Shown here one piece after another: positions 9,598-19,072 of a stretch of DNA of 60,946 bases. This DNA comes from a plasmid: sequence record NZ_CP048040.1; one strand, 5' to 3'. A model generated the notes under the pieces. The model was not told the DNA's origin and ran no database searches. It saw only the letters and a list, made by a program, of their open reading frames with translations. The position numbers and the translations under genes were made by a program. How positions within the stretch are numbered: position 1 is the first letter of the stretch; every line of letters starts with the position of its first letter.

Positions 9598-10315
9598 TTC
9601 TTTTATTTACTCCTTTTAAACGGCCTCCGTAGCGGCCTAAGTCATCGTTAAAGCTTAGATTCTTCTTTTGAATGTCCGGCTTCTATAGCCGCCTTCACCC
9701 TCAAAGGTTTCGTCCGGTGCTATCGTCTCAAAGATATGACCATTCAACTATATCATTACGGATAATGTTGGAGTTGATGTGAGCGTTTTAATTTTTATTC
9801 CTCATGCTTAACAAAATCATAAATCAACGTTGAACCGATCACTGTAAAGATAGGGGCAGCAATGAATGACGTTATTGAGTCTAATTCAAATAAATAGTGA
9901 AACATAAGAACAGTTAATCCTGAAATCAAAAAAGAAACTATGATGCTGATTAAAATATTTATGATATTTTCCTAGGGTTTCCATCAATCGTTATTCGTCT
10001 TTGTCCCGGTGTATGTGCTTTAAACCAAAATAGATGATGACAACGATCAACGCCACGATCGCCAGTAGTAGTGGCCAAGTAGTTATTACGAAGTTCATAT
10101 CCATCCTTGATTAGGTTTGTGGTGATTTCTGTGCAATTGTGCTCTTGAGCACAGTCGTCTATTGTTGATACGTTCGGTGTTTGGGACGGTGATGGGTGTG
10201 CGAAATATCAATGCCCCTTGGAAGCATAAACCGTGAAATTAATGCTACCTGCCTCTGCATTGGTCAAAAATGGCTCCATTTTGGCTCTGGATAAGTGGTA
10301 ACGCTCGTCACGTGG

Positions 10316-10756
10316 CTAACCTGCGGTTCGATCCGTTTCAACAATTCGCTCTGGCTTGTGTCCCCCGGCCTGGACATGACCCTTGCCGTAGGCTGTCTTG
10401 CCGATCAGATGCGTATCCGTGCTTCCGTCTTCATTGATCTTCGTGTACTCGACGGCAGGGCCACCGCCTTGTTCTTCACGTTTTTTTACGGCTGACATTG
10501 AGCTATACACCATTGTGCTTGCAATCAGGATCAAGAACAGGAGCAGCGCCATGATTCCATTGAAAATATTCCAGTCAATCATGATTGTCGGAATAGCGAG
10601 ACCGCCCAAAAGTAAACCGATCAGCACCAGCCCTTGCCGTTCTTTTGCTGCACCCCACAGCATTACGATTGACCCAACACTACACAGGATTATGAATGCC
10701 AGGCCTGGCCCTGACGTTTCCAGAAATTCTCGCCATTCGCTGAGATTTAAAAACAT
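10316..10756 (-). CDS. hypothetical membrane protein (146 aa)
   Basis: Four hydrophobic segments, G-rich C-terminus. Confidence 0.5.
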   Translation of the reverse strand: MFLNLSEWREFLETSGPGLAFIILCSVGSIVMLWGAAKERQGLVLIGLLLGGLAIPTIMIDWNIFNGIMALLLFLILIASTMVYSSMSAVKKREEQGGGPAVEYTKINEDGSTDTHLIGKTAYGKGHVQAGGHKPERIVETDRTAG

Positions 10757-10815
10757 ATCTTTTCCTTTACGTTACCCGCACTAGCACACTGTCTAAAGCG
10801 CTTGTTGCTGGTGTT

Positions 10816-12000
10816 TTAGAGTCCGAAACATACCCGGCTTCCAAGTACATAATCAGCAATCTTATCCGTGCAGATCCAACGCCGTTTCAGAGTTTCTGCG
10901 GCCATTCCGACTTTGAGTCTTCCAGCCATAGGATCGACAACCAACTCGTCTTTCTCTGTCAAAAAATTTATTAGAAACCTCGGCAGTGCAATTGGCATGC
11001 TAGCTCCATGAAGCGCGTAGCCATGGGTTTCGCAGTAAGCACGATAGGCAGCGTTCATATCGTCCTTTGTCGTGGTGAAGCTTTGAATGTTTCGCGGTAT
11101 GCGTCCCTGGGTTTCCTTGCAGTAAGAACCCGGCAACTTATGATACGCACCATCAGAATGTACAGCCCGTTTCCTTACCCCGCCTGACCGTACAAAAGAA
11201 ATGTGCTTGTCAGTGTGAGGCTGCAAAACTCTACGGTTATCAGAGCGCACCTTGAGCGGGTCATTCGTCAACCAGTAGACAGGCTCGTAACCGACATTCA
11301 GCTGCACACGTTTCTTACTGGCCCATTGAAAGGGCCCTGGTGCCTTGTTCGCCACCCAAATGAGCTCATCCATTTTGTGCAGACCAAATCGCTCATTCAA
11401 AGCGATTAGAAGACGCTCACGATACAAGCTCCGAGCAGGTGTGCCTGACATGAAAATGTCGTTGCCCACGTTCAGGCAGATACTGCCCCCAGGCACTAGG
11501 TTTTTAATGACTGGTTCAAGGGTGCGACAAATCCAATCAACATAATCTTTCTCAGAGGGATTTCCGTACTTTCGTGGTCGGGACAAAGGATATGGAGGGC
11601 TTGTCACAATCAAATGAATCGGCTCATTGATCATTGAAAAAAAACTCTCGCAATGCGCGATGATGGCAATGCCCAAGTCCGTTGAAAATCCTAATACGGC
11701 CTGATTAGGAAGAATCTCTTTGAGTCCAGCTGAGCTGTCCGTGTCAACCAGTTCCCAAACACCGCGTTTGCCATGTACGCGCTCGATGACGCCTGCATGC
11801 TTCAAAGTTTGCTGATACCAACGAATTTTGCGCTTCAGTTGGCTCACAGGTACTGCCGCAGTACCTACTGGTGTTGTGGCAAAGTCTTCCGCGGTAAGTC
11901 CATGCTTATTCGCTACGTAGGCGTACAAGTCGTTGTTGCTTAACTCCTGGCCAGTTTGTATATAAGCGCTCACAACAGAAGAAAAGAGGTCAAGCTGCAT
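10816..12000 (-). CDS. orphan DNA methyltransferase, beta-class (N6-adenine or N4-cytosine)
   Basis: Motif IV IVTSPPYP precedes motif I VVDPMAG (beta order); no adjacent restriction gene. Confidence 0.75.
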   Translation of the reverse strand: MQLDLFSSVVSAYIQTGQELSNNDLYAYVANKHGLTAEDFATTPVGTAAVPVSQLKRKIRWYQQTLKHAGVIERVHGKRGVWELVDTDSSAGLKEILPNQAVLGFSTDLGIAIIAHCESFFSMINEPIHLIVTSPPYPLSRPRKYGNPSEKDYVDWICRTLEPVIKNLVPGGSICLNVGNDIFMSGTPARSLYRERLLIALNERFGLHKMDELIWVANKAPGPFQWASKKRVQLNVGYEPVYWLTNDPLKVRSDNRRVLQPHTDKHISFVRSGGVRKRAVHSDGAYHKLPGSYCKETQGRIPRNIQSFTTTKDDMNAAYRAYCETHGYALHGASMPIALPRFLINFLTEKDELVVDPMAGRLKVGMAAETLKRRWICTDKIADYVLGSRVCFGL

Positions 12001-12255
12001 CGTTAATCCTACTTAAATTGTTTAGCACGTTTGCGATTGCAAACATGGCCTTTAATCGGTAGCGCTCCTTTACGCCTGCTTGGAGAATGCGTCGCTCCAT
12101 GCCTCCCTGGCAATCGCTACGCCGTCACCAATTGGCCCGAGATGCGAGTACTCGCGATTGATCCAAGCGTCGAACCAATCAGCGCCACTTACAGGTTGCT
12201 GGTTCAGCAATTCTCTAGATTTCCGGCCTTTCAGGGCAAGCTCCTGGTGGCTGAT

Positions 12256-12469
12256 TTACTTGTCATATACGCTGTTAAGCCAACCGGTATACTCGGCCAT
12301 ATTCGCCATTAACAAAACCCTACCGTCGTCAGCCGCTCGGACTTGGCTGCCGTCGTCACATTCAAAGCAGGCGATCGCATAATCGTGTACTGCAATCCTC
12401 GCTTTTTCCAGTGCAGCCGCTGCCTTGATGGCGGCTTTCTTTCGGGCCTGCTCTTGTTTAGTGGTAGTC
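12256..12469 (-). CDS. small hypothetical protein (about 70 aa from MTTTKQ)
   Basis: ORF directly follows a 49-aa ORF (12470-12619). Confidence 0.35.
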
Positions 12470-12619
12470 ATGTTATGCGGCCTCGATAACCATGCTGACT
12501 TGCTTCCCACTGTCCAAGTGATCGGTAAAAACCGTCCAAGCGGCTTGGCGGTCGGCCTCCTTAAATGCGGTGCGCACGTCGCCAGCTTGTGTGTGAAGGA
12601 TTACGATAATTTCTTTCTT
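12470..12619 (-). CDS. small hypothetical protein (49 aa, MKKEIIVILHTQAGDV...), below ORF-track cutoff
   Basis: Hand translation of minus strand; SD AAGGTAAG 5 nt before ATG. Confidence 0.3.
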
Positions 12620-12693
12620 CATATTTCTTACCTTGAATGTGGCCCAGAAGGGGCAACGGTGTAAAGACGCCAGCTCTTTTAGTTGGTCACGGG

Positions 12694-12954
12694 TCAGCCC
12701 TCGATGACGGCACCTTTTCGAGTCCCGGCCCGTGCTCGACTGACGGTATCAAAACCTTTCACTCCGCTGTCGTCCCCCGCGAAAGAGAATCCCTCTTTCA
12801 GCGTCACGATGATGGAGCTGCCGGCCTCGCGCTCGTCGTCCACAAAATCGATCCAAGGCAGGGCGCGAATAGCTTCTAGTGTTTTGCTCATGTGAGGGCC
12901 TTTGAAGAGCGTTAATCGAAGTAAATGGCTTTGGTGTGGGTTCGGCTCATTCAT
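12694..12954 (-). CDS. putative toxin partner of the DUF1778 antitoxin (86 aa, unassigned family)
   Basis: Start overlaps antitoxin stop by 8 nt; too short for a GNAT toxin. Confidence 0.35.
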   Translation of the reverse strand: MNEPNPHQSHLLRLTLFKGPHMSKTLEAIRALPWIDFVDDEREAGSSIIVTLKEGFSFAGDDSGVKGFDTVSRARAGTRKGAVIEG

Positions 12955-13243
12955 CCTGTTTTTCGATTTCTGCCAGGCTCAGCTCTTCGGCGTATGTGAG
13001 TAATGAGGGGTCAAACATCTTCATACGCCGCAACCGTTCATTTGGGTCGATATGCCAGAGGTCATTCATCTTTTCCCCAACCGTATGACCTTCGTGGAAC
13101 TGTACGATCTCAGCAGCCAAAGCAGCTGCAGTGGAGATGAAATTTGACATGTTCCTTCTTTGCGTACGAGCTGCAATTTCGATCATAAAAGCTTCACGGG
13201 GGGTCAGGCGAATCGTCTTCGTAATGCTGGCTATCTCGTTCAT
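12947..13243 (-). CDS. DUF1778 (TacA-like) ribbon-helix-helix antitoxin
   Basis: KTIRLTPREAFMIEIAARTQRRNMSNFISTAAALAAE matches DUF1778 pattern. Confidence 0.6.
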   Translation of the reverse strand: MNEIASITKTIRLTPREAFMIEIAARTQRRNMSNFISTAAALAAEIVQFHEGHTVGEKMNDLWHIDPNERLRRMKMFDPSLLTYAEELSLAEIEKQDE

Positions 13244-13314
13244 TTTGTCTATCCTCTCTTGTGGGGAAGTGTGTTTCCAATGCATGAATTCAAATAAATA
13301 AACAGCATCGAAAA

Positions 13315-13332
13315 ACGATATTATAGCATCAT
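13315..13332. promoter_or_regulatory. 18-bp near-palindromic operator ACGATATTATAGCATCAT (family ATGATACTATAGCATCAT; also 14042, 16893, 21064)
   Basis: Four related copies, each just upstream of a gene start. Confidence 0.5.
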
Positions 13333-13405
13333 TAAACGATGTATGAATGAGCGTGTTTTTTTGAGGTTATAAGAACCTCAAACATCACTTAGTTGGATAA
13401 CGACA

Positions 13406-13975
13406 TCAGACAATACGAAGTTGACCGGTAGATTCTGGGTAGGCCCTTAGCTCGAAATTCGTTTCTGCGGCCCATGCAGGAACCTGAATCACATCACGAT
13501 AATCTTCGTCAATCACGCAGCCCTGATTAGTAAGCAAAGCGTCTATTTCAGTACATATCGCTTCACGTAAATTCCAGCCAAAACCACTCACAATGATTGA
13601 GCTATACCCAGTGTTGCTGATGAACAGCGCATAAGGTTGAACCGCTTGAAGGGAGATTTGAAATAAGCAAGTTTGGTTAGGAACATTGGTGCTTGTGACG
13701 AGAGCTGTGATGCCTTGGTGCTGCAAGATGAAGCTGCCCTTTTGCCCCCACATAGGCATTCGCCCTTCTGGTGCCGAAAGCTTGTCACGGATCTGAGAGC
13801 CGGCGCTTTGTGCATGTACGTATGAGCCTTGGTTAGTCCCACCGTTTAAGCGCTCTACGATCTGTTGATACTTTGATGCCGCTGCATAAGCCTCGGCAGG
13901 TCTACTTTTAAGCAACCAGTGATGGTAAGCGGCAAGATGGGAGCGGGCTTCTTGCGTAGATAACCGGTAATCCAT
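13406..13975 (-). CDS. hypothetical protein (189 aa from MDYRLSTQEA)
   Basis: SD GGAGAA 6 nt before ATG at 13975; the longer 14035 start lacks an SD. Confidence 0.5.
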   Translation of the reverse strand: MDYRLSTQEARSHLAAYHHWLLKSRPAEAYAAASKYQQIVERLNGGTNQGSYVHAQSAGSQIRDKLSAPEGRMPMWGQKGSFILQHQGITALVTSTNVPNQTCLFQISLQAVQPYALFISNTGYSSIIVSGFGWNLREAICTEIDALLTNQGCVIDEDYRDVIQVPAWAAETNFELRAYPESTGQLRIV

Positions 13976-14041
13976 TGTGATTCTCCAGCGACGGCCGTAG
14001 TTTTGGGCTAGTGTTAAATCAATATTGATAAGCATTGAATA

Positions 14042-14059
14042 ATGATACTATGGGATCAT
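14042..14059. promoter_or_regulatory. operator-family copy ATGATACTATGGGATCAT
   Basis: Related to 21064 and 16893 copies; about 70 bp upstream of 13975 start. Confidence 0.4.
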
Positions 14060-14155
14060 GTAGTGATGCTTTGAATGGGCTTTAAATTGCCCTTAACAAG
14101 TCGGCGCCCATCAGTCACGGCGCATTACATCAACCGCTTATAAACACTGCGCAAA

Positions 14156-14593
14156 ATGATTATTCAAGATGCCTCTGCAACTTCAGACTGGACTAAAGAA
14201 ATGCTGGACGAACTTCATGTGAATCTGCAACCACTCGAAGACTGCGACTTTGAATGTGATGGCATGACATATGCGATTGCTACCGCGCTTGAGCGAGCGG
14301 GCATCACGCATCGGCGAATGGTCGGCCATGTGTATTGGAACCCTGGGCAAGATGTAATTGATCCGCACTGCTGGATAGAGTTGGCTAACGGCGTTGTTAT
14401 CGACTTTCGCCTTCGGATGTGGGTGGGAGATGATGATGCGGTGCCCCACGGCGTTTTCCGGGTTCAGCCAAACGATCTGCTCTATGTTGGCCAGGAACAG
14501 ACAACCGAACTGCCTTCGTGGGAAGTGCTTGAAATCATGACTGATGAACGTCTATCCCAACTGAGGCTTTACATGCCAGAGGCAATACGATGA
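14156..14593 (+). CDS. hypothetical protein (145 aa); possible Cys-His-Asp papain/transglutaminase-like triad
   Basis: PHCWIEL ... VPHGV ... PNDLL spacing; speculative. Confidence 0.5.
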   Translation: MIIQDASATSDWTKEMLDELHVNLQPLEDCDFECDGMTYAIATALERAGITHRRMVGHVYWNPGQDVIDPHCWIELANGVVIDFRLRMWVGDDDAVPHGVFRVQPNDLLYVGQEQTTELPSWEVLEIMTDERLSQLRLYMPEAIR

Positions 14594-15069
14594 ACCCTGG
14601 TAATACTTCACTGATAGTTCTTGCGACCACTGTGTTGGTCGTTCTTATGATGCCCATTGTGTTGGGCAGGGCGGACCGTTGGCGCCATGAGCGCAACGAA
14701 GGCGTAGGCAAGTGGTTCGTTAATGAAAAAATGCCGGCGGCGCTGCGTAACGCCACGCTTTACATGAACGAACGAACCTTGGCCATGCAAAACCCTGTGC
14801 GCCTGAACGCCAAAGTCGATCAGGTCTACCGCAAGCGTAACGGTTTGTTGGTATTGGTTGAAACAAAGACCCGCAATCAACATCGAGTGTATGACTCAGA
14901 CATTTATCAGCTCTCGCTCTACGCTCTGATTCTTTCGATTGTTCACAAGCAGAGGGTAAGTCATACAGCCTATGTTCGTAGCGTGATTGGAGATTCTGGT
15001 AACCGATCGGTGCGATACCACCTGGTGCGGCTCATTTCGCCAGCGACACTGTTGCGACAACTAGCCTAA
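14590..15069 (+). CDS. membrane-anchored PD-(D/E)xK nuclease, RecB/Cas4-like motifs
   Basis: N-terminal TM helix; VDQVYRKRNGLLVLVETKT (D...ExK) followed by YQLSLYAL (QxxxY); ATGA overlap with upstream ORF. Confidence 0.55.
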   Translation: MNPGNTSLIVLATTVLVVLMMPIVLGRADRWRHERNEGVGKWFVNEKMPAALRNATLYMNERTLAMQNPVRLNAKVDQVYRKRNGLLVLVETKTRNQHRVYDSDIYQLSLYALILSIVHKQRVSHTAYVRSVIGDSGNRSVRYHLVRLISPATLLRQLA

Positions 15070-15287
15070 AAAGGCTAAAGGCAAAAGAAATCCCCCCCAT
15101 GGTTGATTAGTCATGGAGGGATATTTCTTTCTGTGCCGTTCCAAGTTTGCTGGTGGCACCTTCAGTCACATTAGCTTCTCATTGCAGTATGAGTGCGCAT
15201 TTCCCGTTTGCTTTATGGATAGTAGGGCAATCAAACAGGTTGCCACCCTCGGCTTTGAGGCTTACTTTTTCATGCAACGTAGAAGGT

Positions 15288-16862
15288 TCATGTTTTGTTG
15301 GCCACCAGGATCACTACAACAACTGAAGTGCCTGGAAATTCGTTTTCGTAAGGGCCATGAAAAGTACAGTCAAGCTCTGGTAGGACTGCTCTGTTTTTTG
15401 CGCCAGCTGGAAGTATGGCGACGAGTCTGCCACCGGGCTTGAGCTGCTTGACCGCGGCGTCCAAATGATCTTGCCAGCGGCCCTGGTTAAAAGGTGGGTT
15501 CATCACGATGCGCTCAAAGCCACCAGGTTTGCCTTCCCAAGCGAGGAAATCTGCCTTGGACACGTGAAGGCCTTTGCTTTTGAGGATTTCGCAGTGTAGG
15601 CCGCTGATCTCTACGCAGGTCGTGCGATCAAGCGGCATCAACCGGGCTAGCCCGCCATGGCCAGCTTGTGGTTCTAAGCACTGATGCTCGGGGCCAATAT
15701 CAGCCAGTGCTACAGTAATCCGAGCCAGTTTCTCAGGCGTAGGGTAAAACTGGTGAGACTTTTCATCGGGGACGCACCCGGAAATGATGATTTCTTCTAC
15801 CACCTGTTCAATGGCGTAGTCGAACACCATGATGTTGATACCCGGCACCCTAACACCACCGATGCTCTCCAATATCTGTATTGCTTGATCCCGTGCGCCG
15901 GCATACAGGTTTGAGGAGTAAGGGACGTAGTAGCGATACCCTTCATCGTGGTCGTTGTTACGCTTTATGTCATTGAGTATGCCCAGAACAGCGTACGATA
16001 ATGGCCGCTGCATGACCCGTACTTCCTTGTGTTTCTTTTTGGGTGGAGCGCGAAACTCTGATGGAATTGCGGCCGGGTGCAAGTACGCCAGAATACGATT
16101 TAATTGCCAGGCGAGATTAGGATGGATTTCAAGGTGAGCCGTACCTTTCTTGTACAGACGCAGACGTAGCGCACCGCCGTCCACATCAAACCATTCGCCT
16201 GTACGCTTTTGTAAGGCTTGGATGAGGCGGTAGCTTGCATGCCAGTTCGGCTCATCGCGTCCCTGCAGCTTAGCAATAACTGCTCGCAGATCGTTGATGT
16301 ATCCGGTTCGGCTGGTGTCAGTCGATCCGTAGCTATTCACCATGTAATACAGAATCATCCGCTTACTAAAGCCTTGTGGAATGTTGGTGACATGGTTGCG
16401 GGAAAGTGCACGAAATATCCCATCGACACGTTCAGCGAAGAATTTAGAGCGGCTTGCCAGCAGGTCGCACGGGGTGTGGCGTACTGTTTGATCTTCAAAT
16501 TCGGGCACTTCGCGCTTGCGGATCTGTTCAAACCACTCTGAGCGGCGATTCTGAGGCATCAGATCCAGTATGTCGGTCATCTTGAGCAGCTTATTCCAGT
16601 AGTTCGCATTCAGCACGCTAACCGCTTTCTCTGTATCGAAGATGCGATCCAGATTGAAGGATTGTGGACGTTCTTCATGACAGCTGCCTTCCAAGAAATA
16701 CCCCACTGCACTGCGAAGCTTCGAGTCGCCAAAGATCCCACCTACTTGGTTGATCAACAGTCGCTGTTCGCGGTAATTCGCCAAAAGCGCATCGATCGTG
16801 TCTGTGCGCATGGGTGCAAAGAATTCCCCCATATCCATATCGGCACCGACGACAACGCTCAT
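15288..16862 (-). CDS. orphan gamma-class N6-adenine DNA methyltransferase fused to an N-terminal domain of unknown function (524 aa)
   Basis: C-terminal QFYPTP, CLEPQAGHGGLA (motif I), IVMNPPF (motif IV); SD AGGGGTGA; operator copy at 16893. Confidence 0.7.
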   Translation of the reverse strand: MSVVVGADMDMGEFFAPMRTDTIDALLANYREQRLLINQVGGIFGDSKLRSAVGYFLEGSCHEERPQSFNLDRIFDTEKAVSVLNANYWNKLLKMTDILDLMPQNRRSEWFEQIRKREVPEFEDQTVRHTPCDLLASRSKFFAERVDGIFRALSRNHVTNIPQGFSKRMILYYMVNSYGSTDTSRTGYINDLRAVIAKLQGRDEPNWHASYRLIQALQKRTGEWFDVDGGALRLRLYKKGTAHLEIHPNLAWQLNRILAYLHPAAIPSEFRAPPKKKHKEVRVMQRPLSYAVLGILNDIKRNNDHDEGYRYYVPYSSNLYAGARDQAIQILESIGGVRVPGINIMVFDYAIEQVVEEIIISGCVPDEKSHQFYPTPEKLARITVALADIGPEHQCLEPQAGHGGLARLMPLDRTTCVEISGLHCEILKSKGLHVSKADFLAWEGKPGGFERIVMNPPFNQGRWQDHLDAAVKQLKPGGRLVAILPAGAKNRAVLPELDCTFHGPYENEFPGTSVVVVILVANKT

Positions 16863-16892
16863 TTTTCACCCCTATTAAGAATACCAATATTC

Positions 16893-16908
16893 AATACTAT
16901 AGCATCAT
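16893..16908. promoter_or_regulatory. operator-family copy AATACTATAGCATCAT within a larger inverted repeat
   Basis: 30 bp upstream of the 524-aa methyltransferase start. Confidence 0.5.
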
Positions 16909-17108
16909 ATAATGATTCTATAGTTGAATCGGATATCAAAAGGGCAGGGAAAGAGTTTAAGCAGGCGGGGCAAATCCAAAGACTTAAGCGCCCGAAATGG
17001 GCCAATTCAGCAACCGGCTAAGGGGTAGTGCGCTCTTATCCTGTCGTCACTGCCAGGAACCGCCAAACGATTTGGATCACGCCTTGGACAGCTCACTTTT
17101 CTTGCAAT

Positions 17109-18092
17109 ATGGATCGAGCCATCGAAATGTCAGAACAGAACACCGAAAATCAATCGAAGCCGCCCTTAATCGAATTGAATGCTGCCGACATTCTGAAGGA
17201 GCATCGTAAAGAGCGTCGCTGGATATATGGGCTGCGTTTTCTTAGGACAATTGGATTTCTGATGGCAACGTCAGTGGCTTTGATCCTCGCGCTTCGTCCA
17301 AATGTCCTCCCGTGGGAACAACTGCGTTCTAACAGTCCTCATACCGCAGTCATCGATATTACCGGGGTGATCGAGAATAGCGCACAGGCAAGCCTGGATA
17401 CGCTCCAGCGTTCCATACAGTCGGCATTCGAGAACGAACTAAGCGAAGCAGTTGTGTTTCGCATCAATTCACCTGGAGGTAGTGCAGTACAAGCCAGCCT
17501 GCTGTACGAAGAAATCATGCTCAAGCGTAGTGAATACCCGAACAAACCGGTTTATGCCGTGATTGAAGACCTTGGAGTTTCAGGGGGTTACTACGTGGCG
17601 ATGGCTGCGGACAAAATCTATGCCAATCAAGCCAGTCTTGTGGGTTCTATTGGCGTAATCAGTTCAGGCTTTGGATTTACCGGGTTAATGGAAAAGTTGG
17701 GTGTGGAGCGTCGCACCATGACTTCTGGCCACAACAAGGCCCTGATGGATCCATTTGCTCCACTCACGCTTGAGCACCGTGAGTTTTGGCAAACCATCCT
17801 GACCGAAACTCATAATCAATTCATTAGCTTGGTGCAGGAGTCGCGTGGTGAAAGACTCAAGGTAGCCGGCAATACGGATCTGTTCAGTGGATTGGTTTGG
17901 AACGGCGCACGCGCGCTGGAGCTGGGGTTGATTGACGGTCTTCGCAGTGTGTCGTCAGTTGCGCTTGATGTTGTGGGTCATCCCAAGATCGTTGATTACA
18001 CACCCAGGAGAGATATGTTAAGTCGCTTCGCGGGACGAATGTCTGTTGAGATTCTTGAATTGCTCAGTCGCAACACAACTAATTTTTTCTGA
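17109..18092 (+). CDS. S49-family (SppA-like) signal peptide peptidase
   Basis: TM segment then NSPGGS...SGGYYVAMAADKIYA...GSIGV motifs typical of SppA/ClpP-class. Confidence 0.65.
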   Translation: MDRAIEMSEQNTENQSKPPLIELNAADILKEHRKERRWIYGLRFLRTIGFLMATSVALILALRPNVLPWEQLRSNSPHTAVIDITGVIENSAQASLDTLQRSIQSAFENELSEAVVFRINSPGGSAVQASLLYEEIMLKRSEYPNKPVYAVIEDLGVSGGYYVAMAADKIYANQASLVGSIGVISSGFGFTGLMEKLGVERRTMTSGHNKALMDPFAPLTLEHREFWQTILTETHNQFISLVQESRGERLKVAGNTDLFSGLVWNGARALELGLIDGLRSVSSVALDVVGHPKIVDYTPRRDMLSRFAGRMSVEILELLSRNTTNFF

Positions 18093-18133
18093 ACACACAC
18101 CTTGATTATCTTTGACGAACAACAGAGGACACC

Positions 18134-19000
18134 ATGACTGACAAGACACACCAAAGCAACAATCGACAGACCACTCTTCTATCCATTGGCGCGATCTTAA
18201 TTATCGTGACGGTGGTAGGTGGAGTTTTCTTGTGGAAGTCGGTGCAAAGTACCATGCAAGCCGTGCAGAACATTGGCTTACAGGTAAGCAGCTTGCAAAG
18301 TCAGGATAGAACTCCTACATCGGATCAACTCAAAAAGGCAGTTGCTCTGGCCATTACAGACATTGCCGCAGAAGAACAGGCTAAGTTAGTCACGGCTAAG
18401 CTGGATGCTTACAAGAATGCGGCGGAAACCGTACCTGAGGGTAAGCATGTTTATGGCAGCTTGAATGCCCGCTTCACGATGGTCGAATTTTCGGATTTGG
18501 AATGCCCATACTGCAAGCGCTTTCACAACACACCCAAGAGTCTTGTGGATGATAGCAGTGGCAATGTGAACTGGCAGTGGATGCATCTTCCGCTGGGCTT
18601 TCACAATCCAGGCGCACAGTTAGGTGCCGAAGCGGCCGAATGTGCCTCAGACTTGGGCGGCAATCGAAGCTTTTGGGCCTACCTTGAAGAATATTTCGAG
18701 CATACACGCGGCAATGGGCAAGGGGTGAGTGATTTGACGCAACTGGCGGTGAATCTTGGCATAAATGCTACCGAGTTTCGTCAGTGCATGACCGAAGGAC
18801 GTTACCGCGACAAAGTGCAGGAGCAAGCTGCAAAGGCAGCATCGCTGGGCATCAATGGCACTCCCGCAACGTTCCTGGTGGACAACTTGACTGGTAACAG
18901 CCAACTGCTCAGCGGAGCTCAACCGGCAGAGGCCTTCGTCGGTGCTATGCGAAAAATGATAACCGAGGCTCAAGAAGCAGCAACTGCAAAGCAAGGCTAA
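18134..19000 (+). CDS. DsbA-family thiol:disulfide oxidoreductase with N-terminal membrane anchor
   Basis: CPYC active site in thioredoxin context FSDLECPYCKRF; SD AGAGGA. Confidence 0.65.
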   Translation: MTDKTHQSNNRQTTLLSIGAILIIVTVVGGVFLWKSVQSTMQAVQNIGLQVSSLQSQDRTPTSDQLKKAVALAITDIAAEEQAKLVTAKLDAYKNAAETVPEGKHVYGSLNARFTMVEFSDLECPYCKRFHNTPKSLVDDSSGNVNWQWMHLPLGFHNPGAQLGAEAAECASDLGGNRSFWAYLEEYFEHTRGNGQGVSDLTQLAVNLGINATEFRQCMTEGRYRDKVQEQAAKAASLGINGTPATFLVDNLTGNSQLLSGAQPAEAFVGAMRKMITEAQEAATAKQG

Positions 19001-19072
19001 GGCGAACAGGTTGGGTGAAGAGATGGCGGCAACATAATCTGCCGCCATTATCTTGATTGATACAGAGCGCAC

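Noticed and set aside
9625-9645. 12-mer CCGTAGCGGCCT shared with the tnpA 3' end (3010-3030, 42800-42820), which could mark a transposon fragment
   Set aside because: Similarity does not extend beyond 12 bp. Treated as chance.
9682-9691. GAATGTCCGG 10-mer matching the recombinase-site arm
   Set aside because: Only 10 bp, with no second arm or spacer context. Possible chance match, though a weak third site cannot be excluded.
12031-12382. Plus-strand ORFs 12031-12312 and 12080-12382
   Set aside because: They overlap each other and lie antisense to the better-supported small minus-strand ORF pair. No RBS.
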